A stretch of 64,000 nucleotides of DNA, filler included, from Lama guanicoe (taxonomy: Eukaryota): assembly GCA_013239625.1 (NCBI GenBank). It is 76 parts of 76 records of this genome, joined end to end, with 100 filler letters (N's around TTAATTAATTAA, not from the genome) between each part and the next. Parts side by side here need not be neighbours in the genome. Positions count along the whole stretch, not along the records: positions 61,100 to 62,560 come from MU056015.1; positions 62,661 to 63,050 come from MU056017.1; positions 63,151 to 63,724 come from PNXV01017928.1; positions 63,825 to 64,000 come from MU056104.1; 72 more parts are not named here. One strand, given 5' to 3'. Of this stretch, positions 61,100-64,000 are shown piece by piece. Numbering within the stretch: position 1 is the stretch's first letter; every line of letters begins with the position of its first letter. Position numbers and translations under genes: made by a program. The notes beneath the pieces were generated by a model, which was given only the letters and a program-made list of their open reading frames with translations, ran no database searches and had not been told where the DNA came from.

Positions 61100-62560
61100 T
61101 ACGTGAATATTATGAAAAGTTTATGGAATCAGACTGGATAACCTAGAGCAAAAGGACAAGTTTCTGGAAACATACTGTACACCATGACTGAATCAAGAAG
61201 AAACTGACCCCCTGAACAAGCAGAGCACTAGAAATGAAATCAAAATAGCAATATAAAACCTCCCTAAATTTAACAGTCCAGGACTGGACAGATTTACTGA
61301 GGAATTCTACCAAACATACAAAGAAGAACTCATTCCACTTTTTCTCAATCTCTTCCAGAAGATTTAAAAGTAAGGAATACTCCCAAAGTGATTCTATGAA
61401 GCCACAATCACACTGATATCACAACCAGGCAAAGACACTACCAACAAAGAGAATTATAGTCCAAAATCACTGATGAACACAGACGCCAAAGTCCTCACCA
61501 AAATAGTAGNNNNNNNNNNNNNNNNNNNNNNNNNNNNNNNNNNNNNNNNNNNNNNNNNNNNNNNNNNNNNNNNNNNNNNNNNNNNNNNNNNNNNNNNNNN
61601 NNNNNNNNNNNNNNNNNNNNNNNNNNNNNNNNNNNNNNNNNNNNNNNNNNNNNNNNNNNNNNNNNNNNNNNNNNNNNNNNNNNNNNNNNNNNNNNNNNNN
61701 NNNNNNNNNNNNNNNNNNNNNNNNNNNNNNNNNNNNNNNNNNNNNNNNNNNNNNNNNNNNNNNNNNNNNNNNNNNNNNNNNNNNNNNNNNNNNNNNNNNN
61801 NNNNNNNNNNNNNNNNNNNNNNNNNNNNNNNNNNNNNNNNNNNNNNNNNNNNNNNNNNNNNNNNNNNNNNNNNNNNNNNNNNNNNNNNNNNNNNNNNNNN
61901 NNNNNNNNNNNNNNNNNNNNNNNNNNNNNNNNNNNNNNNNNNNNNNNNNNNNNNNNNNNNNNNNNNNNNNNNNNNNNNNNNNNNNNNNNNNNNNNNNNNN
62001 NNNNNNNNNNNNNNNNNNNNNNNNNNNNNNNNNNNNNNNNNNNNNNNNNNNNNNNNNNNNNNNNNNNNNNNNNNNNNNNNNNNNNNNNNNNNNNNNNNNN
62101 NNNNNNNNNNNNNNNNNNNNNNNNNNNNNNNNNNNNNNNNNNNNNNNNNNNNNNNNNNNNNNNNNNNNNNNNNNNNNNNNNNNNNNNNNNNNNNNNNNNN
62201 NNNNNNNNNNNNNNNNNNNNNNNNNNNNNNNNNNNNNNNNNNNNNNNNNNNNNNNNNNNNNNNNNNNNNNNNNNNNNNNNNNNNNNNNNNNNNNNNNNNN
62301 NNNNNNNNNNNNNNNNNNNNNNNNNNNNNNNNNNNNNNNNNNNNNNNNNNNNNNNNNNNNNNNNNNNNNNNNNNNNNNNNNNNNNNNNNNNNNNNNNNNN
62401 NNNNNNNNNNNNNNNNNNNNGTCTCGAAAATTTTCTCGTAGAAGAAGTAAAAGCAAGAATAAACAAATGAGACATAATGAAACTTACAAGCTACTGCACA
62501 GTAATGAAACTGGAAGCAAAACAAAAAGACAACATAAGGAATGGGAAAAAAAATTTGCCT
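61100..62560 (+). mobile_element. LINE-1 ORF2 fragments with stops
   Basis: [21 protein letters not shown]...[41 protein letters not shown]. Confidence 0.95.
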
Positions 62561-62660
62561 NNNNNNNNNNNNNNNNNNNNNNNNNNNNNNNNNNNNNNNN
62601 NNNNTTAATTAATTAANNNNNNNNNNNNNNNNNNNNNNNNNNNNNNNNNNNNNNNNNNNN

Positions 62661-63050
62661 CTGCTGGTGGCAATGCAGTTTGGTGTAGCCACTGTGGAAA
62701 GCAGGATGGAGATTACTCAAAACCCTAGGAATTGACTTACCATATGACACAGGAATCCCGCTCCTGTGCATAAATCCAGAAGGAACCCTACTTCAGGATG
62801 ACACCTGCACCCTATTGTTCATAGCCAGCAGTATTTAAAATAGCCAAGACATGTAAACAGCCTAAATGTCCATCGACAGTTGACTGGATAAAGTAGAGGT
62901 GTTATATTTATACAATGGAAAAGATAACCATATAATTACATAATGCCATTTTCAGCAACCTGGATGCTCCTGGAGAAAATCAGTCTAAGTGAAGTAAGCC
63001 AGATAGAGAAAGAAAAATACCATATGAGATGGCTCTTCAGTGGAGTGGAA
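62661..63050 (+). mobile_element. LINE-1 ORF2 end / 3' UTR
   Basis: ctgctggtggcaatgcagtttggtgtagccactgtggaaa; aaatgtccatcgacagttgactggataaag; ctaagtgaagtaagccaga. Confidence 0.92.
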
Positions 63051-63150
63051 NNNNNNNNNNNNNNNNNNNNNNNNNNNNNNNNNNNNNNNNNNNNTTAATT
63101 AATTAANNNNNNNNNNNNNNNNNNNNNNNNNNNNNNNNNNNNNNNNNNNN

Positions 63151-63228
63151 TAATTTTATTATTATTATTACTACTACTACTACTACTAATATTACAATTA
63201 CTATTATTACTATTATTAATATTATTTT
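63151..63228. repeat. Compound (TAT)n(TAC)n microsatellite
   Basis: tattattattatta ctactactactactacta followed by degenerate copies. Confidence 0.9.
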
Positions 63229-63856
63229 ATGAAATAATAACACTGTTTACCTCACCCCTGCCCATGGCTGGTGGAAAACCAACTGAGTTTTTATTGAGTT
63301 GTTTTCCAAGGAGTAGAGATGAGTTTATAAACAGAACACATCTTCAGGGCAAAACAGGCAGTGTGCATTACCAGCAGGCCAGACAGCAATGAAGGGTTTT
63401 CAATAGAGGCACCCAGAAGCTGAGAGAGAAAGCCTCACACTACAAATAGCTGACCAAACTGTCTTCTCCATGGCACTACTGAAATAGGAAATTACAAATC
63501 TGACTCCATATTTGATCTGTACCTTTGACTTTAACAAACCCAAGTTAATATGCTCTGGTCCTTTCATGGGTTATGATGTCACTTAGGAGATGGATAGTTC
63601 AACAAGGAACCACTCTGCCGTGATTACGGAGCCGGGGAAAGGGATGGGCTGCAAGATATATGACGCAGCCGCAAATGTGCCCGGGCTTCTAGGCAGGTAT
63701 CCAAAATCGCCTCGACAAGGTGTCNNNNNNNNNNNNNNNNNNNNNNNNNNNNNNNNNNNNNNNNNNNNTTAATTAATTAANNNNNNNNNNNNNNNNNNNN
63801 NNNNNNNNNNNNNNNNNNNNNNNNAGTCGTTTCAGAAGCTCCGTGGCTCCCCCGAG

Positions 63857-64000
63857 GCGGCGGCTGCTGCTGCTGCTGCGGCGGCGGCGGCGGCTGCGGC
63901 GGCTGTGGCGGCAGCGCGGTCCCTCCGGGAGGAGCGGCGTGGGCCGAGCGGCAGCCGCGGAGCGTTAAGCCCAGCGCGGCGGCGGCGGCGGCGGCGGCGG
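63857..64000. repeat. GCN trinucleotide tract and (CGG)n run in a CpG island
   Basis: 16 GCG/GCT triplets, GTG, 3 more GCN (63857-63916); (CGG)8 running off the window end. Confidence 0.9.

Noticed and set aside
176..62524. Long ORFs in the supplied track (150-356 aa)
   Set aside because: Mostly X from N gaps, or they end at the linker stops (the recurring LIN/N endings).
836..63824. CRISPR-like or regularly interspaced array of TTAATTAATTAA
   Set aside because: Always embedded in exactly 44+44 Ns; a bioinformatic linker; no cas genes and the DNA is mammalian.

Overview
This window is not contiguous biological DNA. It is 76 short unplaced mammalian scaffolds (about 0.2-1.7 kb, many with internal N gaps) joined by 75 identical 100-bp spacers (N44-TTAATTAATTAA-N44), so adjacency across spacers means nothing and most entries in the ORF track are artefacts. 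tRNA-Ala(AGC)-derived SINEs of Vic-1 type point to a camelid. Content: (1) satellites: a GC-rich 266-267-bp monomer family (B), a diverged higher-order relative (A), an AT-rich heptamer satellite built into 63-bp units (C), a 249-bp PstI-containing family (D) and a distant ~248-bp relative (E); (2) many LINE-1 fragments, SINEs, an ERV pol fragment and a probable ERV LTR; (3) gene remnants: a frameshifted HSFY exon 1, an intronless decayed CTAGE/MIA2-like copy, a partial NEK10 exon and a few unassigned splice-flanked candidate exons; (4) paralogous scaffold pairs and a GC-rich ~131-135-bp tandem repeat next to a promoter-like palindrome. I found no evidence for a novel multi-gene system. The most interesting signals are the hidden relationships and hierarchical structure among the satellites. 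All family and gene assignments are from recalled sequence knowledge and by-eye alignment, not database searches.
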